A DNA stretch of 43,467 nt. Source: Octopus bimaculoides. Lineage: Eukaryota. Both the position numbers and the translations under genes were made by a program. Positions 1-11,399 of this stretch are shown piece after piece. Each line of letters opens with the position of its first letter. The first letter of the stretch is position 1. Location of the stretch: contig NC_068993.1 in assembly GCF_001194135.2 (NCBI RefSeq), forward strand, positions 29,316,989 through 29,360,455, read 5' to 3'. The notes beneath the pieces were generated by a model. It was not told where the DNA came from. It ran no database searches and saw only the letters and a program-made list of their open reading frames with translations.

Positions 1-34
<34 letters not shown>

Positions 35-37
<3 letters not shown>

Positions 38-3000
38 TCATCATCATCCTTTAACATCTGTTTTCCATGCTGGCAGGGTTTGGACAGTTTAACTAGAGCT
101 GGGAAGCTGCAGCAGTCTAGCCTTATTTGGTTTGGTTTCTACAGTGGGATGCCTTTCCAAATACCAACCACTTTACAGGCTGTGCTGGGTGCCATTACAT
201 GATACTAGCATGCATGCATTTTACGTGGTACTGGCACAGGACTCTTGCAGGCAGCCAGTCTTCTTCACTATGGGATGTGGCCTTAACATTTCTGCTTTGA
301 AGGACAGGTCTTCCTGAGTACAGCATGGATTCAGGTAACGCAGTTCTTTCTCATCTCATCCAAAAGATTCAGCATTCTGAGGTCATCCTTCAGTACTTTG
401 TCCCATGTCTTCCTTGGTCTCTCTTTTCCATGAGTTACATCCACTTTAAACAAATGGAACTTATTTATAGACCTATCGGCATCTAGCTACATCACGTGAT
501 CAAACCAGCACAGTCTTCTTTCTTGCACATTGCATCTAATTTCTTTCATGGCTAACTTCTCTCTTAATACACTAACACTCTGTCATATGTGTACACTTAC
601 ATTACACATCCAACAGAGAATACTAGCCTTTGCATGTCCTCTACATTCAGGGCCATGTCTCACTACCATATAGAATTGCTGTTCATATGTAAGCATCATA
701 GAATCTTCCTTTCACTTGGAGAGAGAAACCTTTAGTTGCCAACAGAGGTAAAAGTTCTCTGAATTTTTCCATCCTTTTCTTATTCTAGTTATTTCAGTCT
801 CTGTACATCCTCCCCTGCTACTTATTTGGCCCCCTATGCAGCAGAAATTATCCACTACTTTTAAAGAGCCAATGAGGAATTTGAGAAAATCCATTTCCCA
901 AGTCTCTGTATGACTCCTGTACATCCTCTACATACAAACACTACTTTCTCTGAAAATCTTCCTATTATTCCACTGCAACTCTTGTGTCCATAGCTTACAC
1001 TGGGTTCACCATATGGAGTTTCAAACAGAGCCACTTACCTGAAGTGATGAGGGTCCTTGCTAAGTTAACTTTAAGGCCCTTAGATTCAAGGTTTTGCTTC
1101 CACACCTGGAATTTCTTTTCTAGCTCTGATATAGAATCTGTTATGATGGCAAGATTGTCAGCATATAGTAGTTCCCAGGGACGCCAGTCTTGAATTCCTC
1201 TGTTATAGCCTGGAGGGCAATGATGAAAAGTAGGGGCCTGAGAACTGAGCCTTGATGAACACTTACCTATGCATCAAATTCTTCATTGCACTCATGGTTA
1301 AACTTTCACCTTACTGACAGTGCCCCTTTGCATGGCCCCTGTACAACTTTCTGAAACTAATCATCTACTAGCACAGGAGTCATAAAAATGCCAAGTATAA
1401 TGGTTTATTTTTGGCAAAGTATTTCTCTTGCAGTTGCCTGGCTATGAAAATAGCATCAGTAGTGCTTTTCCCCAGGGCAAAGCTAAACTGCATTTTATCT
1501 AGCCTAACTCTGCTCCTATCTAATTGGGCTATAACTCTCTCTGCAATTTTCATCTCCTGATTCAAAAGTTTGATGTTTCTATCTAAGGTAACTCACTTAC
1601 CCTTGTAGCAGCTAACAATAATGCTGCTACACCAGTCACTGAGTATTACGCCTTCCTGAATAACCTGATTAAGTACGTGAGTGACTAGTTCATATCTTAC
1701 CTTAGTAGATATTTTGAGCATCTCAGCTGTGACTCCAGATGGACCAGGGGCTTTCTCTGTTTTCATATCTTTAATTGCCTTATCTACCATACTGCTGTCC
1801 ACTATGATAGCTGGTCCTTCTGTTGGGTTCACATGAGGAAGACTATTTTTATCCCATTCATTCTCAATATTCAATAGCCCTGCATATTAACTCTTCCACA
1901 CTTCTTTCTTATCTGAATCACTAGTTACAAGCATACCATTATCCATCCATTCACACGTCTCTCCCACAATATCTCGACTCTCTCTGACACACTGTCTCCA
2001 GAACACCTCAAGTTGCTGATCTTTGTGCTGCAAACCTCTTCCTTTCTGCTTCTACCCTAGCTAGGTAACCTTGATGTCTAGCTTCCCTTCTAGCTTTCTG
2101 ATATGCTTCTTTGCTATCCCCTCTTTTATATTCTTTCCAGAACTGTCTCTTCTCATTTATAGCCCTGTTAACATCACTGTTCCACCACCATGTCACCCAT
2201 GGTCTGGCAGAGGCTTTGCTCCAGTGATGGATTTGGTTTGTCGCCCTCAATAGATTGTCTCGTAGGAACTTCCAGTTGTCCTCTATATCATATGTCTCTA
2301 TCTCTTCCTATTTCTCATTGAAGACTTCGTTAAGAACATCACTATATATCTGCTCATTTGAAAAATCCTTGAGCTTCCACAACCTCCTTTTCCATATTGG
2401 CTTACACTGCTGATTTCTTCTGGCTAAGTCTGAAGTCACTAACCACTAGCCTATGTTACATTGTACATTCTTACCCTAGGAAATATTTTGCATTTACTAG
2501 CATACATGTCCCTGTGTTTAGTGAGGGTGAACATGACAAAACCCCAGTAGCCTTGTCCCCTCCTCATTTCTAGCGTAACCTCCATGCACACCCTGAAATC
2601 CATCAGGTTGACTTCCAGCATGTTCATTGAAGTCCTTTGCCATGATGTGTACATTGTTGTCTTTCATCATCAAGGTAGTCCTCAGAAGGGATTCATAGAA
2701 GTGGTCCTTTTGAGTAGTTATGAATCCAGTGTGTGGAACATGTGCAGAGATATCTGACACTGTTACATTGAAACAAGGTCAATTTTAGCTTAATAATCCT
2801 ATCACATTCTCAGACTAACCCAGTTACTTTATCTACCCATTTCTCTACTAGTAGAATACCCACACCGCCTAGACTGTCATTGTTGCCTACTCAGAAAAAT
2901 TTGTATCTATGTCTCTTATTCGTAAGCTGTTGACTGAGGGTCCTCTCCATCAAGCCTCTTGTATACAGCATATATCTACTTGTCCCTGCTCAAGCATTTC

Positions 3001-3060
3001 ATCTTTCCAGATCTATCTTTCATTGTAGCTGCTCTGAGCTTGTAGAACTGGAAAGAAGGT
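35..3060 (-). mobile_element. Decayed RTE-clade LINE (APE endonuclease plus RT fragments, 3' UTR, (GAT)n tail)
   Basis: Minus-strand pieces: ISAHVPHTG..KDFNEHAG (APE), WWWNSDVNRAI, KAPGPSGVTAEML, FALGKSTTDAIFIARQLQEKY. (ATC)n at 35-48. Many stops and frameshifts. Confidence 0.9.
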
Positions 3061-3879
3061 TGGGAGGGTGTCTTCAGCTTCTCAAAAAAAAAAAAAAAAA
3101 ATTGGGGGGGTTGCATGCATGGAGGCAAATCCTTGTGCTTAGTGTGAAAAATAAGTTACAATTGCAGTTTCAGTTTCCTTCAGTCCCCAAAATCCTTTTG
3201 GGGTATGCACATATATTCATAGAAATGTACATGTATGTACACATACATTACAATTTTGTGCCTAGATATATCTCCATAATTCTATGTTTTTCTCATGGGT
3301 AGAAAACAAACAGGTATAAATAAGTGGTACATGCACATACACTTGAGCCACCTTCACAGAGGTGGGAGAGAGGGATTTAGTTGAGATTGCATGACAAGAT
3401 GTCCCATCATAGAATATACCAACCAAAGTCGAGGATATGCGATAGAGATGTACAACCTCATTAATCCTACATTATCAACAACAACACAAGAATGTTGGGA
3501 GAACATATTCACCAGTTTGCTATCATCATCATGTTCATCATCCAAGAAGATACAATAGAATTTCTGACTCTAATTAGAAGTGTCTGTAGAAACAGAGAGA
3601 TAAATATTGAGTAGGGGTGAAATTGAAACTTACAATAGGAATTGAAAGTTGTACCTGAAGGAGAGATTGACAGATAGTTACAGATCAACTGATGATAATG
3701 ACATAAGTGAGACTAGCAGGAAAATTTACTTAATTATATTGTCACATATATGTGAGGGGCAGCAACAATTACAAAGGCTGAAGAATAAGAATAAAGTAAA
3801 AATAAAAATAAAATCAGTACATACACAGATTTTATCATTTTTTCCTTGACATAAACTGTTGAGGATGCTCATTTATAGC

Positions 3880-4480
3880 GTAATCATTTTTTTCAAATAC
3901 CCCAAGCTTTTCAAATCTATCCAATTCTTCATTGACTTGTTTCAATGCTGCATAAGGTACAGTTCTTTCTGGTATAAAAACTGATTAAGCATTTTCTTTT
4001 ACTTGACACTTCACCGTTGTTTTGATGCAAAGATCTAATTCATCAGAAAAAACTTCAGGAAAAATCTCTTTTAATTCTTTTTTTAATTCCTCAAACACCT
4101 TATTTGTACTGGCAGAAAAACCATTCACATTTTTACAAAACAAAAACATTTATGGGGAGGTCCCATAAGTTAAATAATTCCATCCAGTCTCTTCCAAATA
4201 AATTTGTCAAATTATTCAGCATAAAACTTTGGCTTTCAAGATTTTTTCCATGAAATGTAACACCCCTTATCACTACACTCTTAAAATGTAATTTTTTTCC
4301 TGAAACACCAGGTGCAATTTTCAAAGTTTCTTTTAATCAAGGTTTCCCAATTTTTCTCCATGTATCTGCATTAATTATCATGATATCACTGCTCATATCC
4401 AATTGTAACTTGATATTCACATTATTCATTTTTATGGACACAAACTTTCTTTTCTGAGTCTCACTTAGAATATTTATTGA
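3880..4480 (-). mobile_element. Ty3/Gypsy pol fragment (protease to RT N-terminus), decayed
   Basis: Degenerate protease motif QLDMSSDIMIINADTWRKIGKP, then NLFGRDWMELFNLWDLPIN, then FIPERTVPYAALKQVNEELDRFEKLGVFEK. Confidence 0.75.
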
Positions 4481-4632
4481 CAATGCTTTCTTGACAGGAA
4501 TTTTTTTTGCTCAACCTATTTTTCTACTTTGCTCTACAATGTAAGCTTTTATGTCCAATTTTTCCACACTCAAAACATTTTAGATTTTTTAAAAAGACAG
4601 TTACTTTTAAAATGCTAGCCTCCACGCGTGTA

Positions 4633-5622
4633 TTGGGTCATCCCATAAATTATGCATTTTTTTATACTTCTTTTATTTTTCAAAATTAAGATAAGCAAAG
4701 TTTTTGTTTAATCTAAAATATACTCTCCTTCATTTTCTATAATGCTCTGCCATCTATCTTGTCCCTCTTCCAAAATTCACTTCTCTGTGATGAAAAATAC
4801 TCTTCCAGTATTGTTCTAACCTTGTCTACAGAATTCATATTTTTTCCATCCAAATGATTTTGTAGAATGTGGAATAAATGATAATCAGATGAGGCAATGT
4901 TGGGCAGATATGGTGGTGAGGTATTGTTTCCCATTCAAACTGCTCCAGCCTTTGGAATATCATCCTCACTGTATTTGTCCGATCATTATCCTGATGGAAG
5001 AATACTTTTCATCTTGAAACCAGAGATGGTCATTTTTCTTCTAGCGTTCACTTAAGCCACTCAAGCTGCTCACAGTAGATCTCCTTTGTTATCAATTGGT
5101 TTGGGTTTAAACGTTGAAAGTGGACTAAACCTTTCATATCCCACCAAACAGATAACAACACCTTATATGAGTGAAGACCTTTAACCTGGGGTGACGGTGT
5201 TTCTCCTTTCCCTACCCACTGTCTTTGGTACTTGACATTTTTAGAGAGAACCCATTTCTCATCACCATTTGGTCCAAAAAAAGTTTATTCATGAAACATG
5301 ACAGCAAAAAAGAGCATGCATTCACTCTCTGCATGTGATTAGACTTGAAAAGTTTGTGAGGAATCCATTGACCCAATTTGCTCACATTTCTTATGACATG
5401 CAGGTGTCAATGAATGGTTGAATGACCAAATCCAAGCTTCTCTGCTAGTTACTCAACAGTTATGATGGGAGTTTGTTCCACCAGGGTTTGCAGGATGTTC
5501 TTGTCAAGCTCTACTGATTTTCCAGGATGAGGCTCATCTTCTAGGCTGTAGTTTCCAGCTTAGAATTTCTAGAACCACTGTTGACACTGGCTTACAGTTA
5601 TTGTCCAATCCCCATATACTAC
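4633..5622 (-). mobile_element. Decayed mariner transposon, 3' TIR present, 5' end disrupted
   Basis: TA followed by TTGGGTCATCCCATAAATTATGC, a TIR-like end at 4631-4655. C-terminal PPYLPNIASSDYHLF (YSPDLAPSDYHLF-like) motif. HTH region SLEDEPHPGKSVELDK near 5490-5560. Confidence 0.85.
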
Positions 5623-6713
5623 ANNNNNNNNNNNNNNNNNNNNNNNNNNNNNNNNNNNNNNNNNNNNNNNNNNNNNNNNNNNNNNNNNNNNNNNNNNNNN
5701 NNNNNNNNNNNNNNNNNNNAGTGAGTTTAAGGATTTAATATTATAATGACACTACAATTTTTATAAGATTAATAATATAAATATTTTAATTAATTAACTT
5801 AATAATAGTATTTTAGCTTATTTCATATATACTATTTAAGTTATGTTTCTTAGTCTTATTATTTAGAATTTATAATTACTTAGAATTTAACGTTCATTTA
5901 AATGTTTACAATATAGCTTAATTGTTTTATTACAATGTAAGTTATATAAAGTTTAAATAATTCTTTCATTCATGTTTTTATATCTCTTTGTTCTATTCTT
6001 TTTCTTAACGTAATATCTTCATGTGACCTCTTTCTAATAAACACCTTAGTTCTGAGTTTAATGTCTAATGCAGTCAGCATCGTAGCGATAAGTATCGTCT
6101 TACCTTTGTTAAATGACTTTATATCATTGTTTGGAAAAAATATGTATTTTTATATTAATTCAATTAATTTTTAATGATAATTTTAGTCGATACCCTTTTT
6201 TAACACTAAATTAATAGTAGTAAGTTTATCATCTTAGCCTAAACCAAGACTTCGATTAGATTAGGGTTGAATTTTTTCCATTAATACTGTTTAATATTTC
6301 TTTTTGTTTTATGGGATAAATAAGTAGTCTTTTTATTTAATTTCTTTGATTATACAATATAGTTAATTGTTTTATTATGATTTAAGTTATATAAAGTTTA
6401 ATCTTTCATTCATAATAAAATTTTCATTCATGTTTTTATATCTATTTATTCTGTTCTTTTTCTTTACACAATATTTTCACGAGACTTCTTTCTAATAAAC
6501 ATTTTAGTCTAAAATCTTTAGTTTAAACTATAGCATCATTTAGATAAGTGTTACTTCTATCTTTATTATTTTAACCTAAAACTTATATATATTATTTAAG
6601 TTATGTTTCTTAGTCTTATTATTTAGAATTTAGAATTAGAATTTAACGATCATTAAAATGTTTACAATATAGCTAATTGTTTTATTACAACGTAAGTTAT
6701 ATAAAGTTTAAAT

Positions 6714-6805
6714 CTTTCATTCATGATTTTATAAATAATTCTTTCATTCATGATTTTATAAATAATTCTTTCATTCATGATTTTATAAATAATTCTTTCA
6801 TTCAT
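6714..6805. repeat. 27-bp minisatellite, about 3.4 copies (CTTTCATTCATGATTTTATAAATAATT)
   Basis: Copies start at 6714, 6741 and 6768, with a partial copy at 6795. This explains the SFIHDFINN repeat in the ORF track. Confidence 0.95.
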
Positions 6806-7284
6806 GTTTTTATATCTCTTCATTCTATTCCTTTTCTTAATGTAATATCTTCACGTGACCTCTTTCTAATAAATGCCTTAGTTCTGAGTTTAATGTCTAA
6901 ATTTTAGTTTAAACTGCAGCATCGTAGCGATAAGTATCGTTTTACCTATGTTAAATGACTTTATATCATTGTTTGAAAAAAATATGTATTTTTATATTAA
7001 TTTAATTGTTTTTTAATGATAATTTTAGTTGATACCTTTTTTAACACTAAATTAATAGTAGTAAATTTATCATCTTAGCCAAAACCAAGACTTCGATTAG
7101 ATTAGGATTTAATTTTTTCCATTAATACTGTTTAATATTTCTTTTTGTTTTATGGGATAAATAAGTAGTCTTTATATTTAATTTCTTTGATAATACAATA
7201 TAGTTAATTGTTTTATTATAATTTAAGTTATATAAAGTTTAATCTTGCATTCATAATAAAATTTTCATTCATGTTTTTATATCT

Positions 7285-7432
7285 TCTAGGCTGTAGTTTC
7301 CAGCTTAGAATTTCTAGAACCACTGTTGACACTGGCTTACAGTTATTGTCCAATCCCCATATACTACATTAATATTCCTCATACTTTCCGTTGCATTGTT
7401 GTCTTTATTGAACTCATAAAGCAAAATATTTT
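7285..7432 (-). mobile_element. Duplicated mariner N-terminal fragment
   Basis: 7285-7366 repeats 5540-5622. It translates as ILLYEFNKDNNATESMRNINVVYGDWTITVSQCQQWF, a mariner HTH. Confidence 0.85.
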
Positions 7433-8364
7433 AGTGAGTTTAAGGATTTAATATTATAATGACACTACGATTTTTATAAGATTAATAATATAAATATTTT
7501 AATTAATTAACTTAATAATAGTATTTTAGCTTATTTCATATATACTATTTAAGTTATGTTTCTTAATCTTATTATTTAGAATTTATAATTACTTAGAATT
7601 TAACGTTCANNNNNNNNNNNNNNNNNNNNNNNNNNNNNNNNNNNNNNNNNNNNNNNNNNNNNNNNNNNNNNNNNNNNNNNNNNNNNNNNNNNNNNNNNNN
7701 NNNNNNNNNNNNNNNNNNNNNNNNNNNNNNNNNNNNNNNNNNNNNNNNNNNNNNNNNNNNNNNNNNNNNNNNNNNNNNNNNNNNNNNNNNNNNNNNNNNN
7801 NNNNNNNNNNNNNNNNNNNNNNNNNNNNNNNNNNNNNNNNNNNNNNNNNNNNNNNNNNNNNNNNNNNNNNNNNNNNNNNNNNNNNNNNNNNNNNNNNNNN
7901 NNNNNNNNNNNNNNNNNNNNNNNNNNNNNNNNNNNNNNNNNNNNNNNNNNNNNNNNNNNNNNNNNNNNNNNNNNNNNNNNNNNNNNNNNNNNNNNNNNNN
8001 NNNNNNNNNNNNNNNNNNNNNNNNNNNNNNNNNNNNNNNNNNNNNNNNNNNNNNNNNNNNNNNNNNNNNNNNNNNNNNNNNNNNNNNNNNNNNNNNNNNN
8101 NNNNNNNNNNNNNNNNNNNNNNNNNNNNNNNNNNNNNNNNNNNNNNNNNNNNNNNNNNNNNNNNNNNNNNNNNNNNNNNNNNNNNNNNNNNNNNNNNNNN
8201 NNNNNNNNNNNNNNNNNNNNNNNNNNNNNNNNNNNNNNNNNNNNNNNNNNNNNNNNNNNNNNNNNNNNNNNNNNNNNNNNNNNNNNNNNNNNNNNNNNNN
8301 NNNNNNNNNNNNNNNNNNNNNNNNNNNNNNNNNNNNNNNNNNNNNNNNNNNNNNNNNNNNNNNN

Positions 8365-8406
<42 letters not shown>

Positions 8407-8424
8407 ATAAACTGCAAAAATGCC

Positions 8425-8665
8425 TTGTGAGTGGATTTGGTAGACAGAACCTGAAAGAAGCCTGTCATGTATGTGTATGTATATCTATATATGTGTGTCT
8501 CTGTGTCTGTGTTTATGTCCCTGTAACTTAGCAGTTTGGCAAAAGAAACATAGAATAAGTTTTAGGCTTTAAAAAAAATAAGTCCTGGGGTTGATTTATT
8601 CAACTAAAACCCTCCAAGGTGGTGCCCCTGCATGGTTGCAGTCAAAATGACTAAAGCAAGTAAAA
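8425..8665 (+). mobile_element. 5'-truncated tRNA-derived SINE (same family as 15903 and 29328)
   Basis: Shares CCTTGTGAGTGGATTTGGTAGAC..CTGAAAGAAGCC, internal (TG)n and the 3' GCAGTCAAATGACT..AAGTAAAA with the other copies. Confidence 0.85.
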
Positions 8666-8689
8666 TATATAATATCAAGAGCATAGCTG

Positions 8690-9625
8690 CTAGAATAAGA
8701 ATAGGCTTGGCAAAGTTCATAGAGCTCCTACCTCTGTTGGTAACAAAGGGCCTTTCTCTCAGAGTGAAAGGCAGATTCTATGATGTCTGTGTGTGAACAA
8801 CCATGCTACATGGCCAGTGAAGTATGTAACTGCTGAGGACATGCATAGGTTTGAAAGAAATGAAGCTAGTATGTTTCACTGGATGTGCAATGTCAGTGTG
8901 CATGTACAACAGAGTGTAAACATCTTGAGAAAAAAGCTGGGCATAAGAGGCATCAAATCTGGTGTGCAAGAGAGATGACTACATTGGTACAGTCATGTGA
9001 CGCTTATGGATGTGGACAGCTGTGTGAAGATGTGCCAATCTCTACCAGTGGACGGAAGTTGTAGAAGAGGTAGACCCAGGAAGATATGGAACAAGGTGGT
9101 GAAGCATGATCTTTGAATGATGGGCCTCACAGAGGCAATGACATGTGACTAAGTTTTTTGGTGATATGCTGTGCTTGAGAAGACCTATCAAACCAAGTGA
9201 AATCATAGTGGTGACTGTTGTCAGTCTCATGTAACTGGCATGTAAAAAGCAGCTTTCAAGCATTGGGCCTCACGGAGGCAATGTGGCCAATGCCAATGTC
9301 ACATAACTAGCACCCATGCTGGTGGCACATAAAAAGCACCTTTCAAGCATTGGGCCTCACAGAAGCAATGACAAATGACCAAGACCTTTGGTAATATGCT
9401 GAGCTTGAAAAGAAAACTTATCAAGCTAAGTGAAATCATAGTTGTGGTAGATACTGGTGTCATGCATCTGGTACCCATACTGGTGGCACATATAAGCACT
9501 CATTACACTCTTAGAGTGGTTGGGTGGTAGGAAGGGCATCCATCTGTAGAAACCATGCCAAATCAAACTGGAGTCTAGCCCTAGTCAATGTATGGACAAT
9601 GGACATTAAATGATGATGATGACAA
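8690..9625 (+). mobile_element. RTE LINE 3' fragment with duplicated 3' UTR blocks
   Basis: RIRIGLAKFIELLPLLVTKG, EDMHRFERNEASMFHWMCNV, RGRPRKIW. (GAT)n tail near 9610-9625. Confidence 0.85.
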
Positions 9626-9631
9626 TGATTA

Positions 9632-9835
9632 TATATATATTATCATCCTTTAATGTTTGTCTTTTCCATGGAGGCATGGGTCAGATGGTTTGACAGAATC
9701 CATTGCACTGGAGGACAGAATCCATTGCACTGCTTTGGTATGGTTTCTATAGTTTGATGACCTTTCTAGCACCAACCACTTTTCAGATGTACTCTGCCTT
9801 TTTCATGACACCAATACTACTGAAGTTGCTTTGTA
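9632..9835 (-). mobile_element. RTE 3' UTR fragment, inverted relative to the preceding copy
   Basis: ATCATCCTTTAATGTTTGTCTTTTCCATG..GGCATGGGT is the same end motif as at 35-85 and 19113-19170. Confidence 0.65.
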
Positions 9836-10175
9836 CCTTGCAAAACTAATATTCCCTTCAACTGAATGGAACACCAATAGTGATAGAGGCAGCTTTGCAC
9901 TAAATATTGAAAAGTTAAAGAAAGAAGTAGCTGAAATAGGGTTATTGATGTAAAAGAGATACAGGGTGGGAGTAGGAGCTGAAAAGAACAATGGAGATGA
10001 AGTGTGTTTTGTAGGCACATAATAAAGAGTCAGAAGGAAAAATTGTGCTTGTATGTAATGTGTGTGTGTGGAAATGTAGCCAAATGGACAAATAGTTGGA
10101 TAATCTATACAATGAAGCTATTCTTCACAAATACTCTACATACAAATATATATTTATTTTGTTGTTATACTACAG

Positions 10176-10301
10176 GAGTTTGTGGGATGAAGACCTCCAT
10201 GAGAGCAGTGTTGTTGAGAAGCTGGACAATCACACAGACATATTCCAATACACACGAAATAGTATGCCGCCACATCCATGCCGACATTACTGTTTGATCA
10301 G
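10176..10301 (+). CDS. STARD13: Internal exon of DLC-family RhoGAP, START domain (R-SLWDEDLHESSVVEKLDNHTDIFQYTRNSMPPHPCRHYCLI-R)
   Basis: Acceptor tactacAG and donor AG|GTgatt. The peptide matches the DLC/STARD13 START pattern RHLWDEDL..W.VVE.LD.QT.V.QY..NSM.PHP.RDY.VLR. The terminal AG joins A at 15427 to make Arg. The symbol indicates family (STARD13/STARD8/DLC1 co-orthologue). Confidence 0.92.
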
Positions 10302-10419
10302 GTGATTACTTCATCTTTATTTTGCATTGTTCAAGTTTTCTCTGCCTTTTAACAATCTCACTGGCTTAACTTCACATTCTTACGGCATCTATTATAATTG
10401 TTGTACCTCAGATTATTCA

Positions 10420-11040
10420 ACCTACCCAGTCCTATGTGTTAGGTTATCTATGCACAGTCTTATGTACCACAATCTGTCCACTGTTGTTCAATAAACTCAG
10501 TCCTATGTACCACTATAAATTTTCTATTGTTCAGTAATCCTATGTACTGTTGTCTATTCACTATTGTCTTGTAAATTTGGTCCTAGATACCACTGCCTGC
10601 CAACTTTTATTTAACAAACATAATCTTAAGTACAACATTGTCTACTGTTCAATAAACCCAGTCCTGTGTACCACTCTGTGTTCACTATCATTCAACAATT
10701 CCAATATGTACTACAATGTTTATATACTATGTTTCAATAGTCTTAAGTTTATTGAACAGTGAACTGATAGTATGGTACGTAACACTGGGTCTTATGTGGT
10801 CCACAGAACTGGTTCCATTGAAACTTGCTGACTATTCAATAAACGCAATCTTTTATGTGCCACAGCCTGTCCACTGTTGTTGGATAAATCCAAGTTATAT
10901 AACACTGTCCATCTACTATTCTATAAACCCAACGTTATGTACTATTTTCTGACCACTGATGTTCATCAAATCCAGTTATATGTACCACAATGTCCACTGT
11001 GATTCAATATGCCTAGTCACACTGTTGTTCAATAAAACTA
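10420..11040. repeat. Degenerate ~44-45 bp minisatellite array, part 1
   Basis: Consensus is approximately TGTCTGTCCACTGTTGTTCAATAAACCCAGTCTTATGTACCACAA, repeated with divergence. An inverted stretch lies near 10750-10800. Confidence 0.85.
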
Positions 11041-11399
11041 ATCCCATTGTAGCATGACTCCAAATTCATAACAGCCAGCAATATGATGTAATGTCGTATT
11101 GCTGAGGAAATATGATTGTCGTTTTCCCATTGGTTGAAATAACTGCTCATATTTGAATTCTGAGAATTAGTAAAAGAATATTTTTATGAAATTTCTATTC
11201 TTGAAAGTCAAGTTGAGCAGTTATAAAAACCCTGGATTTTGGGGAAAACTTTAGTGTCTGTGGTTGTCTAAATGAATCCATGTCACTCAAATCCAGAGTA
11301 ATGGTTATTACCATGAGAAATACTCTTTAAAAGTCTGACACCTATTTTGGTTGTCGTGTTTCATTATTTAAGCCTAAGAATTAGCTAGAAAAATAATAT

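Larger units (their letters stand above)
5720..7609. repeat. Very AT-rich nested tandem duplication of unknown origin
   Basis: TATTTAAGTTATGTTTCTTA recurs near 5833, 6594 and 7545. ACAATATAG(C/T)TAATTGTTTTATTA recurs near 5908, 6354, 6664 and 7195. 5720-5910 is repeated at 7433-7609. Confidence 0.9.

Noticed and set aside
3354-3545. ORF containing PRLW, considered as the missing upstream START exon (LRLWK motif)
   Set aside because: It is on the wrong strand and has no further similarity. The preceding exon probably lies in a gap or upstream of the window.
5720-7609. Mitochondrial rRNA/control-region NUMT, or foreign DNA read with TAA=Gln
   Set aside because: I found no recognisable conserved 12S/16S motifs or tRNA cloverleaves. 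Reassigning stop codons did not give a recognisable protein.
7600-8406. Long ORFs made of X residues (also at 16368-17126, 23782-24411, 25797-26367 and 34641-34991)
   Set aside because: They are artefacts of N gaps and adjacent (TA)n microsatellites.
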